A DNA stretch of 64,000 nt from Chrysemys picta bellii (Eukaryota), in NCBI RefSeq assembly GCF_011386835.1, contig NC_088801.1:42346001-42410000 (forward strand). Direction: 5' to 3'. Of the stretch, positions 12,600-26,026 are shown piece by piece (within the stretch, counting starts at the first letter, position 1; the number at the start of each line of letters is the position of its first letter). Position numbers and translations under genes: made by a program. The notes under the pieces were generated by a model that did no database searches, was not told the DNA's origin, and saw only the letters and a list, made by a program, of their open reading frames with translations.

Positions 12600-14882
12600 T
12601 CCCCAGGGCTTCCTGATATGGTAAAGGTTGAGAACTGCTGTACAAGTGCAGCAAAGTGAAAATGTTCTAACCATTGAAACTCCAGCGTTTCCCCATGTAT
12701 CTACCTTCTGTGCAAAGCTGAAACATGGCAAAGAATTGTTTGCTAAATGCAAACTCTGCTGAAATTTTCTTGGTCAGAAAAAGAAGATTATTCGGACCCA
12801 ATTTTACATTTGTAATGACAAAAGTCTATGAATACAAAGTTATCTATTGTCAGGACAATGGCATATTGATGCCAGTGCAAGTCTGTAGAAGTGTCCTGTT
12901 ACAATGTCAAATAATGACTAAGCGGTATCAGCACATCTTTATGAAAAATGGTTTGATACAGTGGTTTGTACAGTGATAGCTTAAGAAGGCACTCTCTGGT
13001 GAATGACAAGCCAATAAAAGTTTAGGTAGATCACCAATGACACTGTCAAATTGTGGGCAAAATGCCTGTATATGGCGGTTTGCTTAAAATATCAAGAGTA
13101 ATACAAAAGAATTTCATTACTAAGAAGGTTCTTATATAGCTAGGTACACCAAGAAACATCTAAAAATATATTAATTAAAATAATACTAATACTGAGCCAT
13201 CATCTCATAAAGGCAAGGAAGTTATGAGTCAGGACTGCTACAGGTTATATAAACTAAACCATTTTGCTACATCCAAAAGCCTGCAGTCTGAATGAGATCT
13301 GGACATTCAATGAGTGCAACATTTGCCCCTTCAGTTCACAAAACTCTTTTCACCAATGAACATGTATTATTTTTACATTTTTAATTACAGTTAATGTCTG
13401 ATTGACTGCTGCAAAGAGCATCAGCAGTGACAGCAGCCATCTTGCTGAAAAGTAATGTCACTTATGACATCACAAAGCAACTATGAATGTACCACTAACC
13501 AGATTGCCTTATTGATAGAACATCTCAACACTTTATTTTGCTAAAAGCCATATCATCTCATGCACTGTAGTGTATACACTGCTCTGTTGCAATTTTATAC
13601 AATATTCTAGTATACATATATTTTTAAAATCTCTGGATAAACATTCCTCCCTGGCACATTCTGGTTTACGGAACCAGAATATGGCTTCCACTATATGCCA
13701 GTTGGGGGCCCAAAGCATACAGTCTTTGCAAAGCTAACCATATTTTACAGCATCATCAAGAAACACACCGGTGCTTTATATAATTATAATGGCTCCCCTC
13801 CCAAGACTCCTCAGGGTATTATAAAGTTCTTTCATTTACTATGTGGGTAATTCCAAGAACCTCTCACCTGAGGTACTCAGTATCACCCAAATAGTAAATG
13901 AGAGAAGTTTATAATACACAAAAGAGACAGGCAGGGGAGCCGTTATAAATATACAACAGCAGTGTGAGAACCCAGTGGAAGAAACTGTAGATAACTTTCC
14001 AACCTGCTTTAATTTTGGTTTAAATGTCCGAAGAAAAGACTTATTATTTAAACCAAATACAATATCACATTTATATTAAATTTGGTTTAAATCATGTATT
14101 TTCTTGTGACTATTAAGTCTGTATTAAAGGTGGCTGAGGACTGTTTTACATTCTCTTGTATAGGCCTGCCAGTGTCACACATGATTTCACTTTTCAGCAA
14201 GATGGCAACTATCAACACTCAGCTGAAAAATACCCACTACAGTGAAAAATGTGTGATAAGATCCCACAACACTTGAAAATGGTACATTCCACTGGAAAAT
14301 ATTGATTTTTCCATGAATTGTCCAAATATTGGTTCAACTGTGTTGATTTTGAGAAGATTTCTAACTTATTTTGAATGATGAATTGGATAACTTGACTGGC
14401 AGAACATCTTTTTTTTTCAAAGGAGATGCAGGCTCATACAATGGAATGGGCAGCATGCTGTAGTGAAGATCTCGTAATACACCCACCTGGATTTCCTAAA
14501 GAAAATACTTCATTTAATAAACTGAGAAAAGATTTCCAAGGAGCGAGAGAAATTAATCTAGCCAGCTTTCAGAAGTTGTCTCTAGAAGCTTCATCTCCTG
14601 TCTGCCTATCAGGAGCTCTCAGCAGAGCAGTGAAAGCAGCTCTTAGCTCCAGTCATGCAAACCCTTACTCGTGTGTCTGCCAACAACTATGAAAACAAAA
14701 TTTTTCTAAGTGCTTACCTATCCTGCTGCAGCCCTTTGTTTACTCAGGTGAGCTCTCCTGGATCTTCCACATTGGGGATTCAATTTATACATTCCCCCAC
14801 CCCCCAACCTGCCTCCTTCTCTGCCATGACACAATCAGCCATCCTCTCTATGCTTTATTTCTCCACACACAATTCCCACTTA

Positions 14883-15114
14883 AAGCAGCAAAGAGTCCTG
14901 TGGCACCTTATAGACTAACAGATGTATTGGAGCATGAGCTTTCGTGGGTGAATACCCACTTTGTCGGATGCATGTGATGGATGCATGCATCCGACGGAGT
15001 GAGTATTCACCCACAAAAGCTCATGCTGCAATACATCTGTTAATCTATAAGGGGCCACAGGACTCTTTGCTGCTTTTACAGATCCAGACTAACACGGCTA
15101 CCCCTCTGATACTT
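14883..15114. mobile_element. Penelope-like element fragment arranged as a long inverted repeat
   Basis: Arms of about 93 bp (14882-14974 and 14984-15076) surround a 9-nt spacer and are followed by the tail cagatccagactaacacggctacccctctgatact. A 12-bp direct repeat aattcccactta flanks it (14871-14882 and 15115-15126). Confidence 0.8.
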
Positions 15115-18100
15115 AATTCCCACTTAGTGTGTTTTATCCTCAAATATCCACTACCCTCATCCCATCTACAGCAACCTGGGCTTCCTCATGCTCCTTATAT
15201 ACTTCCCAAATTCAGCATTCCCCCTAAACCACATCAATGTTCTAACATACCCCATCTGACTCCCAGCTTCTACCACTCACCAAACTACCACAAATCTCTC
15301 TGTTCACACACACATATTTCAAATTTGCTAGCCATTCTAAAAAATAATTCAGAGGCAGAAAAGTTAAAACACAATATTTACTATCCACTGTATTATTTTT
15401 GGTGTCAATAAGACAGAAACACTTGTTTTCTTACAGGCATTATGGTCTAGCCAAAACTGTTCATGGATACAGACAAACTTATGCTAATCCTGTTTTATTT
15501 GTATTATGTAAACACTTGGTGACTTCCTATCTAAAATGACTTTCTCATGATGATGCATTTGACTCTAGGAATGCAGTCTAAGGGATATCAGTTAGCATGG
15601 CTTCTTGAGAACTCCATGCATATTACAATACCTTGAAGTTTTGTGGTTAACAGTTGCTTTTACAATATTTCCTCTTTTCTTGTTTACTCATTGTTAATTT
15701 TATTATACTACTCTAAGCCCTGTTCATTAATCAGCCTAACCATCACTTCAGTGGCACTTCCTTAAGGGCTAAAATGCTTTAATCTTTGAAATTTAATAAG
15801 GGTTCAAATCTCATCTCAGATCTACCCATACACAGGGTAAAAGTGAAACAACTTACGCATTTTAGCTGGTTGCAGCAGCATAAGATCAAAAGCATAGCAA
15901 AAGGCCCATTAGTTTAGATATGAATTCCATACTCCAAAAGGCCTATTAGGACAGATATGCATCCTCTGAAAAAGCTTACTAGGACAGATATGCTTATTCC
16001 CAAAAAATTAATCTCCAAAAAAGCCATGCTCTGGCCAAAGTGGGAAGTCAAGTCTAAGCTCTATACAAAGATAGCAATCCATATGTGAAATCCAACATTC
16101 AAGGACTTTATATAGATTAATGATAACCTGTATGAGATTTTTGTTTCATAAACCAGTTAAATACATTTGTCCATAGAGGTAGCTATTTTCTCAGCAGAAA
16201 TTAAAGTAATATATATGGGTAATATTCTTTAATAAGTAAGATGAATACAATGTAACAAAAGCTACAGTTCAATAGTTGCTAGTTAACTATTTCAAAACAT
16301 CATGTAGGAAAGAATGCAACTAAATGGAAATTGCTTATACAAAATGTGAAAAGCAACTGCAGAACTTTATAACGTGGTATGCTTCTCAATATAATTAAAA
16401 ACATATCATATCCTGGTTTTATCAAATGAGCCATTTCACAGGCAAAAGCTCAACTTTTGACATCCAGCTCTTTATTGAGAAGCATGTCATATGTGTTGAT
16501 CTAAGACCCTGTTGAACTCAGGCTATTCTCCATTGGTGATGTCTCATAGAGAGGGTAAGATACACATTAATTTTTGGATAATATATCAAAATCTATAAAT
16601 ACTGGTTTCTCCATTGACTTCAGAATAGGGTTCAAAATCCAGATCCTAAACTGCAGGCATTTCACAGATTGCGATTAGGTTATCTCAGAAACCACCTTAC
16701 CCCCCTTCATCTCCCAAGACAAGTAACTTTCTGGTTCAAACTACCAAGCAATGAGAACACAGCATTCTTGAAGGTGAGACCCTGGCTTTGAAACTCAAAT
16801 TTCTAAGAAATTAGAATGACCCCCGCACCTGATGGTGTTCCGTGAAGGTTGTGCTGGCAAGAATTCAGCTGCAGGATGTAGCCAGTAAAGTAAACGCAAC
16901 CCAGAGCTGTCAGTCAAACTGTTCGCTGGGCTACCTTAACAGGTCCATGCATGCACAGAAGAAATTCCTTATCTAAGGAGTGGGCAGTGCACCAAAACCC
17001 TTGGCACACCACCAAAGTAAACTGAGTAAGGCAGCTGTTACTCTAACCGCACATTGTGAATTTAATGGTAATGCAGGATAGCGCAGCAAGGCTGCAATTA
17101 CATGGAACTCAGAAGACGACCTGTAGTCATGAATCGTATGAAAGGCACCTGCTAACCAATGATAATAATGTTTGTTCATATGATTGGTGCATGGACCTTT
17201 GTTGACTGGTTGATTGTCAGATAGTAAATATAAGTTGTGTGCTTTTGGTATCTTGTTGGAATTATCCGCTGGACAGGTTATACCACCATGACTCTGTCTG
17301 ATCAGCAGAGCTCTGGTGTTCTATAACCTCGTTTCTTCAATAAAGAGCTGTTTATTATTTGCCAAGACTCCACAGGCAGGGACCAGACGGGTAGCAGATG
17401 GAAACCCATAGGGAATACTATCACTTAGAAAGTCCAGGCTGTATAGTGACCCCAACTTTCAGACCAAAATGTAAAGCATATATTTTCTATAGGGCCTTCC
17501 CATAGCATCAGTACACTTATAAAAAGATACTATACACAAAGTTATGCTCTTCTGCCCCTGAAGAATGGAGGGAGTTAAACATTAGGTGAAAACCCAAGAT
17601 AGATAAATAGCTGTGACAAAATGCTTTAACCACCGCAGCAAGATGTTGCCATACATACAGGCCAAGTATATACTAGATCTCAGCTACATTATTTGTGATT
17701 GCAACAATCATAAATAGGATATGAGAAATGGTGGAAAATATATATCTGTCTTTCAGATGTGGCATAAAACTGACATCCTGCCCATTTGTTGACATTAAAG
17801 ATCCCACTGCTAAGGCTGCATTTTATTTATTTTATTTTTTCACAGAAAAAAAGGGCCATTTTTCATAGCACAAAATGGTAAATTTTGTGGGGCAACGTTG
17901 CATTTCATAAACAGATATTTTAATAGACACTGTCAACCAAATAATGCTTTATAAGGCACTAGGAATGATTCAGTGCATGTCTGGAAAAGGTGAAAAGAAC
18001 TTCTATTTACTTTGAGCTTGTTGAAATCTCATTGTTTTCTCTAGGGGGGGCTTTGTATGTGGGTCAGACATGATTCAGAGACCCTTTCTATCATTTTTCC

Positions 18101-18185
18101 CGTCTTCCCATAGTGCAGCTAAAGCAAGGACCCTGCCCTGAAGAGCAGACCATTCAGAGCAGCAGGGGCAAGAGAGAAAAGAAAA

Positions 18186-18468
18186 CACCTTGTTTACACT
18201 ACAGTGGTAAGTTGACCTAAGTTACGCAACTCCAGCTATGTGAATAACATAGCTGGATTCGACGTTGCTTAGGTCGATTTACTGCTGTGTCTACAATGCA
18301 CTGGGTCGATAGGAGACGCTCTCCCATTGACTTATCTTATGCTTCTTGTTCCGGTGGAGTACCGGAGTCAACGGGAGAGCAATCTGTGGCCGATTTAGCA
18401 GATCTTCGCTAGACCCGCTAAATCGACACCCAGTGCATCGTCAATCCCTGGTAAGTGTAGACATGCCC
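18186..18468. mobile_element. PIF/Harbinger-like MITE
   Basis: The degenerate TIRs are caccttgtttacact and agtgtagacatgccc. Internal hairpins include ccagctatgt..acatagctgg and ctcc/ttccggt..accggag. It resembles a common turtle Harbinger MITE from recall. Confidence 0.7.
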
Positions 18469-19859
18469 TCAGGAGATCAGAAGACTACTTCTAACCAAAC
18501 AAAATCCCTTTGGCCCCCTTTTAACCTCTGTTTCTTTTTCTGTCCCTGCTCCTTGTCTTATTCACGTGACACCCACACACTCTTTGTAGTCTGTCCTGTG
18601 CAGAGCTACTAGGATGATGGGCCCTATTAGAAAACTCTGTGTGATGATGATAGTTACAGTTTAGTTTAGTTTAGATCTAAAACAGGTCAGCTTGCTCTAG
18701 GTAAGACCCCATTCTACCTGCCCTCTTCACTTTCATTTTTACCTCAGCAAAATCGGTTGAACAATAATATCCACATCTCTCGGGTGTTTCTACATTCATG
18801 TACAATATGTGAAAAACTGGTGACATTTTTGAATTTTGTGTTTCATTCATTTTTTTGTAAATGGCAAACAGTCCATTTAACATTTCTTGTGAATCTCATG
18901 ACAACCATTAAAGTAATACAATTTGATCAATGGCACTTCTCTTCACTCCCAGAAGCTGGGGTGTCAGAGCTGGTTCTTTCCAAATCCCAGTTCAATAATT
19001 TTGTAATGTCACTGGGCACGATCAGATGGCTGCTGCCTTCCACCTGCAGGCAGCTGCAGGGAGAATTTAAGACAAGCAAAATTTGGAATTTGGAAAACAC
19101 CAAAACTGAAGTGATTTGTGTGTTAATCTGTGTACAAAATGCTGTGGAGGATCTGTGCATGAAGGGTGCTGTACAAATGTCAGTCAGTAATCTGATTGTA
19201 TTTCCTGCTCATACATATGACGAATATGCTGTTGGGGCTTTAAACTTCCAGCTGAACACTGTTTATCTCTCACATAATGATAATCACAATAACTATGAGG
19301 GGCTACATCAAGTCCAAGAAAAAAAATGACTAGAAAACTCATTCTGGATTGGGCAGCAAGGTGACACTCAAGGAAGATAAAAACAACCCCCCACCTTTGC
19401 CCCTCCCCAAGTAAACGGAAGTAGAAGCCCATTGATAGACACAAGCATCATATGATCATACATCATATTTGGCAGAGTGTTGATATAGAAACCCAGTCCA
19501 TAGACAGATCCACATAAAGGTCTGCCAAAACAAGCAGAACAGCATCTGGCATAGGCTGGGCTGCCCTTATAGCATGAAAAAGTGCCTCCTTTGCCAGTTA
19601 TCAGTGTCAGACCTTTAAAGCCACTATGATATCCTGTCTCAAATCCAACCTTAAGACTCAGTTCTACCAGCATGCCAGTAGCACAGTCCCCCATGATAAT
19701 AGCTTGACAGATGGCAAGCTGAGACTATGGCCACTGATCTGCTTATCTGACTGCATTAACAGAACAGAAACACACTATATCTACAAATTCTGTATCCATC
19801 TAGTATATGGGGGGGGAAAAAAGCATGTATTACTGTTCCCCCGTTCCATTCCTTTCCCC

Positions 19860-20025
19860 CAATTGTTGGCTTCATCCACCTGTTACATCTTGTCTTGAAC
19901 AAAAGCTGTGAGTTCATTGGGGCAGGGACTGTTTTTTACTATATGCTTGTACAGTGCCTTGCAAAGAGGGGCCCTGACTTGGTTAGGACCTCTAGGAGCT
20001 ACCATCATGCAAATAAATAATAAAA
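19860..20025 (+). mobile_element. L2-type 3' tail (LINE2 or L2-dependent SINE)
   Basis: ggggcagggactg...ttgtacagtgcc...ggggccctg...caaataaataataaaa matches the typical L2/CORE-SINE tail, with an A-rich end. Confidence 0.55.
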
Positions 20026-20729
20026 CGATACACTGAGGGTACACCACTCAAGCGAAACAAAAGAAATTGAAATAGTCTTGAGTCAAATGGCAAATGCTAC
20101 TGACATAAGGCCTGATCCAAAGCCCATTGACTACACTGTATTTCAGATCAGACCCATAGTAACTATGCTTTCCCACTGTGGAACAATTGAAGGACCTACA
20201 CATGAATTTTTTTAATGGCTTGAGGTTGGGGACACAATGGGGGAGTGGAAGGAGAGAGACTGGTACTGGCTTGACAAGGAGCCTAAGGGGGATGAGTGAG
20301 AGACTAGGATCGACTGGGCAAAGGGCCTGGAAGGAGACTCTGATGAGGAGCATTATATGGAGTGGAGCTGGGACTTGAACAAGGAACCTGGAGAGCATGA
20401 CTAGGACTAGCTAGTCAAGGGAACTTGAACCAGAATGAGGAGCCCCACGGGGTGGTTACTGGGACTGGGATGAGGATCTAGGGCTTAGGAAGAGACAGGA
20501 CTGGCAAAAGGACAGGCTTGAAGAGACACAAGCAGAATTGGGAGAACAGGGACAGAAGGGATTTTGTCCTTTAGAACATATTCCCCTCTAGATCCTGGAA
20601 TTGAACCCAGGACTTCTAAGCCTGGTGTAATCAAATATCTGAAACCCAATGAAAAAATATGCATGCGTCATTCCCTGCTAGTTGCTGGTCCACAGGGAGG
20701 ATGACAGCCTGTCCCCGCTGTCAGTTACT

Positions 20730-20792
20730 TTGTTAGCTCAAGTGGCAGAGGTCTCTGTGGTGAATCTAAAGGTTTCAGTTCTGCTGATGACC
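20730..20792 (+). mobile_element. Possible tRNA-derived SINE head
   Basis: An A-box-like TAGCTCAAGTGG lies at 20734-20745. The B-box-like ggtttcagttct is weak. Confidence 0.35.
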
Positions 20793-20893
20793 AATTTAGG
20801 GGTGGGTATGAATCCACATGATGGAATTTTTTCAGTTTATTCTTTTAAAGAACTTAGTTTTTTGTGTTTAATTTCCTATGTTAAAAGAATGTT

Positions 20894-21485
20894 AAGGTTG
20901 AAAAGTCAAGTACTCAAAAGTTAGAAAATGCCAGAATTAAGGTTACCTGTGCAACATTAATTCAGTCCCGTTGAGCATTTGTATTATCATACAGTCATTA
21001 ATTACATGATCACATATCATTTTTTTCCACCTCTCCCTCATTCAGTGAACAGGATACACCTTAATCTCTTTGTGCCTCAGTTCTCCAGCTGTAAAACTGG
21101 GATAATAGTATCCCCTCATCTGAAAGGGATATTGTGAACATAAATTCATTTATGTTTGTGAAACATTCAGATACCATACTTATGAGCACCATAAACAAGC
21201 CTATGAGGAAATTAATAATTCTGTATTCGGAGTTGGGTTTGAATAGTGTGTATAAATAATAGGGCCACACATGGAACTATTAGGCTAGAAGAAAGTATTG
21301 AATAGCTGCTCCTTGAGCTATGAGTGCCATCCATTCTGTGCACTGAATGAGGCAGGGTCCTGTGGAAAAAATAGCATGTGATAATGTAATTAAGGACTGT
21401 TTCATAATGCATACACACAAGGGGCTGCACAAACAACCTTAATTCTACAATTTCCTACATTTTGAGTGGTTAACTTTGCAACCTT
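20894..21485. mobile_element. Non-autonomous element with about 160-bp imperfect TIRs enclosing a CORE-SINE/MIR-like segment
   Basis: 20894-21055 aligns with the reverse complement of 21329-21485 (aaggttg..caacctt; gaattaaggtt; ttaattacat.atcacat; cctcattcagtg.acag). The interior 21061-21144 (gtgcctcagtt.....ctgtaaaa...ggataata) is the CORE-SINE core. Confidence 0.7.
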
Positions 21486-24400
21486 CATTTTTTCTATTTA
21501 GTTACTTTATGTGTGTGGATGGGCAGGTGCATAGGTGTGTGGTGGGGAAGGATGTAATATATATGTAAATATATTGCAGCTCTAAAGAAAGCAGATCTAT
21601 TCACTGGCCTGGGTACCGCTTCAGTAGTGCTAATTTGGGGCCAAGAGACTTTTTTCAATATGTAGTCAATAAAGTAACCAGGGATCCCAAATGTCTATCA
21701 GGTATTTATAATTCCACCATCCCACAGACTATTTCAAATACGCTGTTAAAGTGCTTTAAAAATCAAAAGTACAGCACTAATTAAAATCCTTGAAAGCTGC
21801 CACTGTCAGAGAATAAAGGAGCTTTCCTGCAATAGTGTTCACAAGAGCTCTGATAGCAAAAAAGATGCTATCTGAATTCCAGGCTGGCTTTTCCACCTGT
21901 ATTAATATTTTGTATGGAAAAATAAACTGCTTTGAAAAGTGCATAGGGAAGCAGGAAATCTGGAGCCTAAAATATGGTAGTATACACAAACTCTTGCTTT
22001 ATAATTGTGCACAGTATAGACCATCTGTTTAGCAGTTAAATACACTCCCATTTAAATGAGTAAGTACATTTAATGGACAAAGTATTAGGATCACTGAAGG
22101 GTGAAGTTTTATAGTTGCAGTATGTAAATGCCAGAGCAGAACCACTTGTACATTGTTACTAATACACACCTCTAAAATAACGAAATGTACTACTTACCTG
22201 CTAATTACTGAAAACTGGCTTCTTTTAAGCAAATTATTACAAACTGGGGTAGACTGAAATGAAAGTCTGATGGTCTCATAGCCTGCATTCCACTAGTGTA
22301 AATCAAACTAGAGATTTGCTAAGGCTGTTATGGACTCTTTGGGTACCCAGAAAGTGAAATATGAAAATAAATGATGTAATGACTTCACTTTGAGTATTCA
22401 TTGTCATTTCAATCATCTTTTAAACAAGACAGGAGTGGAGAGAGCTTTCCTAAACACCTTCACTAATAAGTTGCCAGCATTTAAACTACAATTAGCTTAT
22501 AAAATGGTTGATATGATCAAGCCATATGGCTAATATAATTGATTTGTTCATATTTTTTAAATTATGAAAAACAAAGCCAGAACAACAGCATAATAGAGTT
22601 TACAACTTTAACTAGAGGTGTCTATTTAGTTAGACAGTAAATAACTGTCTTCTTTATGTTTTAAAGGAAATATTATGAACAAAGGGGAAGATGGATCTAG
22701 ATAAACCTGAATTATAGAAAATAGCTTTTTGAAGGACTGAGGAAAGAAAATATACTTGATGTTTACATTACCTAAAGAATAACAAAGGATGCTTAATCAG
22801 GTTTAAAAAGAAAACTGATTTTGAATGAATAAATTCAATCTTCTGTGAAAAGAGAACAGAATTAGCAAATTAATAATGTCTAATTCTGAAATCCGGGGTT
22901 GTGTTAACACCACAATAAACAAACACTTTTAAAAAACATAACTTCCCTCATATTGTGCATGTATAACACTGTCATCACTTAAACATTATGGCAACCAATT
23001 CTTTGAGGAACACCCCAGTAGTACAATTTTTCACGGAAGGACTGAGTTTGGAGGGTATTTTTGTTTTGTTTGTTCAAAGACTATATACATATAGGAAGAG
23101 GCACTATTGGCTCGATTTTTAGAAGCGCTGAGCATCGATAACTCTGATTCACTTGACTGGGAGTTGTGGGTGCTTAGCACCTCTGGAAAGCAGAATATAT
23201 GTTTATATTTTAAAAGGCAAAAAGCCTCCTATATACTTCAATGCAACATTTCCGAAATAACTTTGGCTCCAATTTGTAAGCGTTTTCAAAGCCTACCCCT
23301 ACAACTTTGATTCTTTCTATAAATTCTAATGCTAGTTAACTGTCAAATTGAGCAGATTTCCCCCCCTGCTCATTGACTCATACTCAGCAAAACAGATAGA
23401 GACCATAATAAATCTGCACTGGAAAATGTATTTTATGACTGCCTACGCTCTTAAGTTTTTGATTCCCTTTCTTAGTTTCCTTGAGGCTGCACTTTTGTCG
23501 TCTTTACCTGATTTGCCACCCTCTCTATGTGAATAGGTTTCTCGAAATGAGATGATTAACAGACGAAAGGTAACTTGGTGGTGGAGCGGAGGGGGAAACC
23601 TTCATTTTTCATGCATGCCCATTAGTTTTCAAAAGCTTATTATGAAGGAGTGTGGCCACTAGTCTCTTACTGATTTGTGTATGATGGGAAACCTACTTCT
23701 GTGAAACACAGGGTTTTTAACCTAACAGAGTAGGGTTTTCATACACAATTGGTATGGTTCTGATCGCTCTCACATATTGGACAATAAATAGTTTTGCCTC
23801 TAAACGCCAGGAGAAATTGAATTCAATTAGGCAAAAGCCTCATTTGCGTTGTCTGGAAACGATAGACATGGCTTTAATGATCACTTCACTTCTGTGAAAT
23901 TCTCTACCATTGATAGTACGTGAGGTCTCATTAAGTTCCTCTAAATGGAGTTTTAATAATGTGTTAATAATATCTAGTCATTGTTTAAAATATAAAGGAT
24001 TTAAATTCAGATGTTATTTTCTTTAAATCGTCTTACCTACCTATATAACAGTGCTTGGTGAAAAGTGAAATCAGGTGTTGTATATTAATTACAAGGAGAT
24101 TCATGCATTGTCACTATGTAAAATACAGGACTCCGGGATAAGTTCTGTGCATTTCCTTTTACCCTGAGAAAAACATTTACAGAGCCCATTATATATTTAA
24201 TAAATTCCTGTGATCTGCACGGGGGTTCGACTTGCAGACTGCATTCTGATCTCCCATCAGATAACACTTTCATCAGTGTTTGCATTTCTAGTCCGAAGGG
24301 ATACTATCAAAATAAAGGGACTCCTACCTCCCTTCTCCCGCCCCCCATTTCCAGTCACACACATCCTCACACTACCAAAAAAGGGCAGCTAGTCCTCTTT

Positions 24401-25925
24401 CTGATCTCCACAGGGATGTCTGGAAGAGTTTATCAAAGTCTGGGAATATATTAAAAAGTCAAACTGACGCTAGTGAAAGGATTGCTTGGCAGAAATGAAA
24501 TGAGGCTCTCCCAAATATCTGTGTAACCTGCTGGTCTCGAGTCCCTTGCTGATACTGCTAGGAGCAAGTGGAGCCGCTTATTAAGATTGAAGAGCTCAGC
24601 ATCCATGCTTTTTAAAACATAGTTAGGCTTGCACACATTACCTTCCTCATGTATTATCGCGCCAGTAAGAGGGAGAGCCAGAATAACCGAATATACTTTG
24701 TTATTAAGACATCAGCTGTGTTTGCCCATCCCCCTATGCCCGTACATATTGAGCAGGCAGGACAACAGGGGTATAATAAGAGTGATGCTACCTTGTAACG
24801 TTTATCGGGTTGTTTCTTTATATTTTTCTTTTTCTGCAAGGTCTGACCTGACCTTTGTTGCTGGCAGCTTTGCGGAACGCCTACACTGGCTTTTACTGTC
24901 TCGCGTCACTGTACCTGGAAACCAGGCCGGAAACCGGACCTAACGGGACAGCAAACATTGTATATAAACTGCAGGGAACCAGCTGCAGGCGCTAACGGTG
25001 CCTTGTACTCCAGGTTACCCCAACGTCAGCTGCGGGCTGCATTTCCCAGTCAGGGAGAAAACAAACAACACGAAACCCGCTGTTGAGCTCAGGCAGTTCA
25101 GGTTTCCTTGTACATCGTTAGGGTAGAGAAAAAGAAAGTAAAGTAAAAGTGCTTCACAACAAAGAGGAGATGGTTTCCCCCCAAATCCATTTTGTGGTAG
25201 GTGGGCCATACCATAAAAGCCTCCTCGGTGAAATACAAAACAAGAATGGGAAAGACACCGACCTGGTGCCCCCAAAATAGAAAATTTAAGAACAGCTCCT
25301 ACTTTGTATTCCAGATTTCCAAGGCCTTCATTCAGATTGTGTTGCAATTAACAACTCCCTGAAACTGCGGGCTAGAGGTAATAAGGGTATGATTGTCTTT
25401 AGCTGCGAAGATCATACATGATTAATAATTTACCAGGAACTTACTTTCACTTACTCAGAGCCTATAGGCTGCAAAGGGCCTTGAGAGATTGCTTTCCCAC
25501 TGGTAAAACAGACTTCTCTCTATCTAGTTTCTTTCTGCCTTGTTACTATTATCATGTGGATTTTAATTTTGGTTTTTTAAATAGTGCAATCTTTTGTCAG
25601 TTATACATCCTGGCGTTAAAAATCTGGGTATCGTTTTCACATAAAAGAACTGTCAGCCACCTCATATGAATTGCTGCACAATGCATCATCCCCTTTAAAA
25701 CTCCCCTTGACATCCAAGCATTTGGAGTGTTGTAAAGATCTATCAAAGCGGTTATAATTGTGTTTTGGTGGTTGGGAGCCAAAGTGCAAGAAGAGAGAGA
25801 CTTTCACGGGGAAGGTGGAGTGTGCTACCAAAGTAGCTTTAAAGGACACAACACGTTACCCTATAAAGTAAACATTCAGTGCACTTAACATTCCACCATG
25901 CCCGCTGGCAGCAGTGGAGAATTAA

Positions 25926-26026
25926 GGACCCAGTCCTGCAGCCTTTACTCACAGGAGTCCGATTGATTTCAAATGAGAATATGGGTGTTACTACGGATTA
26001 CTCGTGTGAGTAAATTTGCAGGGCCT
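25926..26026. mobile_element. Old hairpin MITE remnant
   Basis: Inverted arms cctgcagcctttactcac (25935-25952) and gtgagtaaatttgcagg (26006-26022). A similar remnant with cttactcac / gtgagtaag arms lies at 26912-26948. Confidence 0.55.

Noticed and set aside
18757-19329. 190-aa ORF in AT-rich intergenic DNA
   Set aside because: It has a non-ATG start in the track, no recognisable motif and no splice context, so it is most likely chance.
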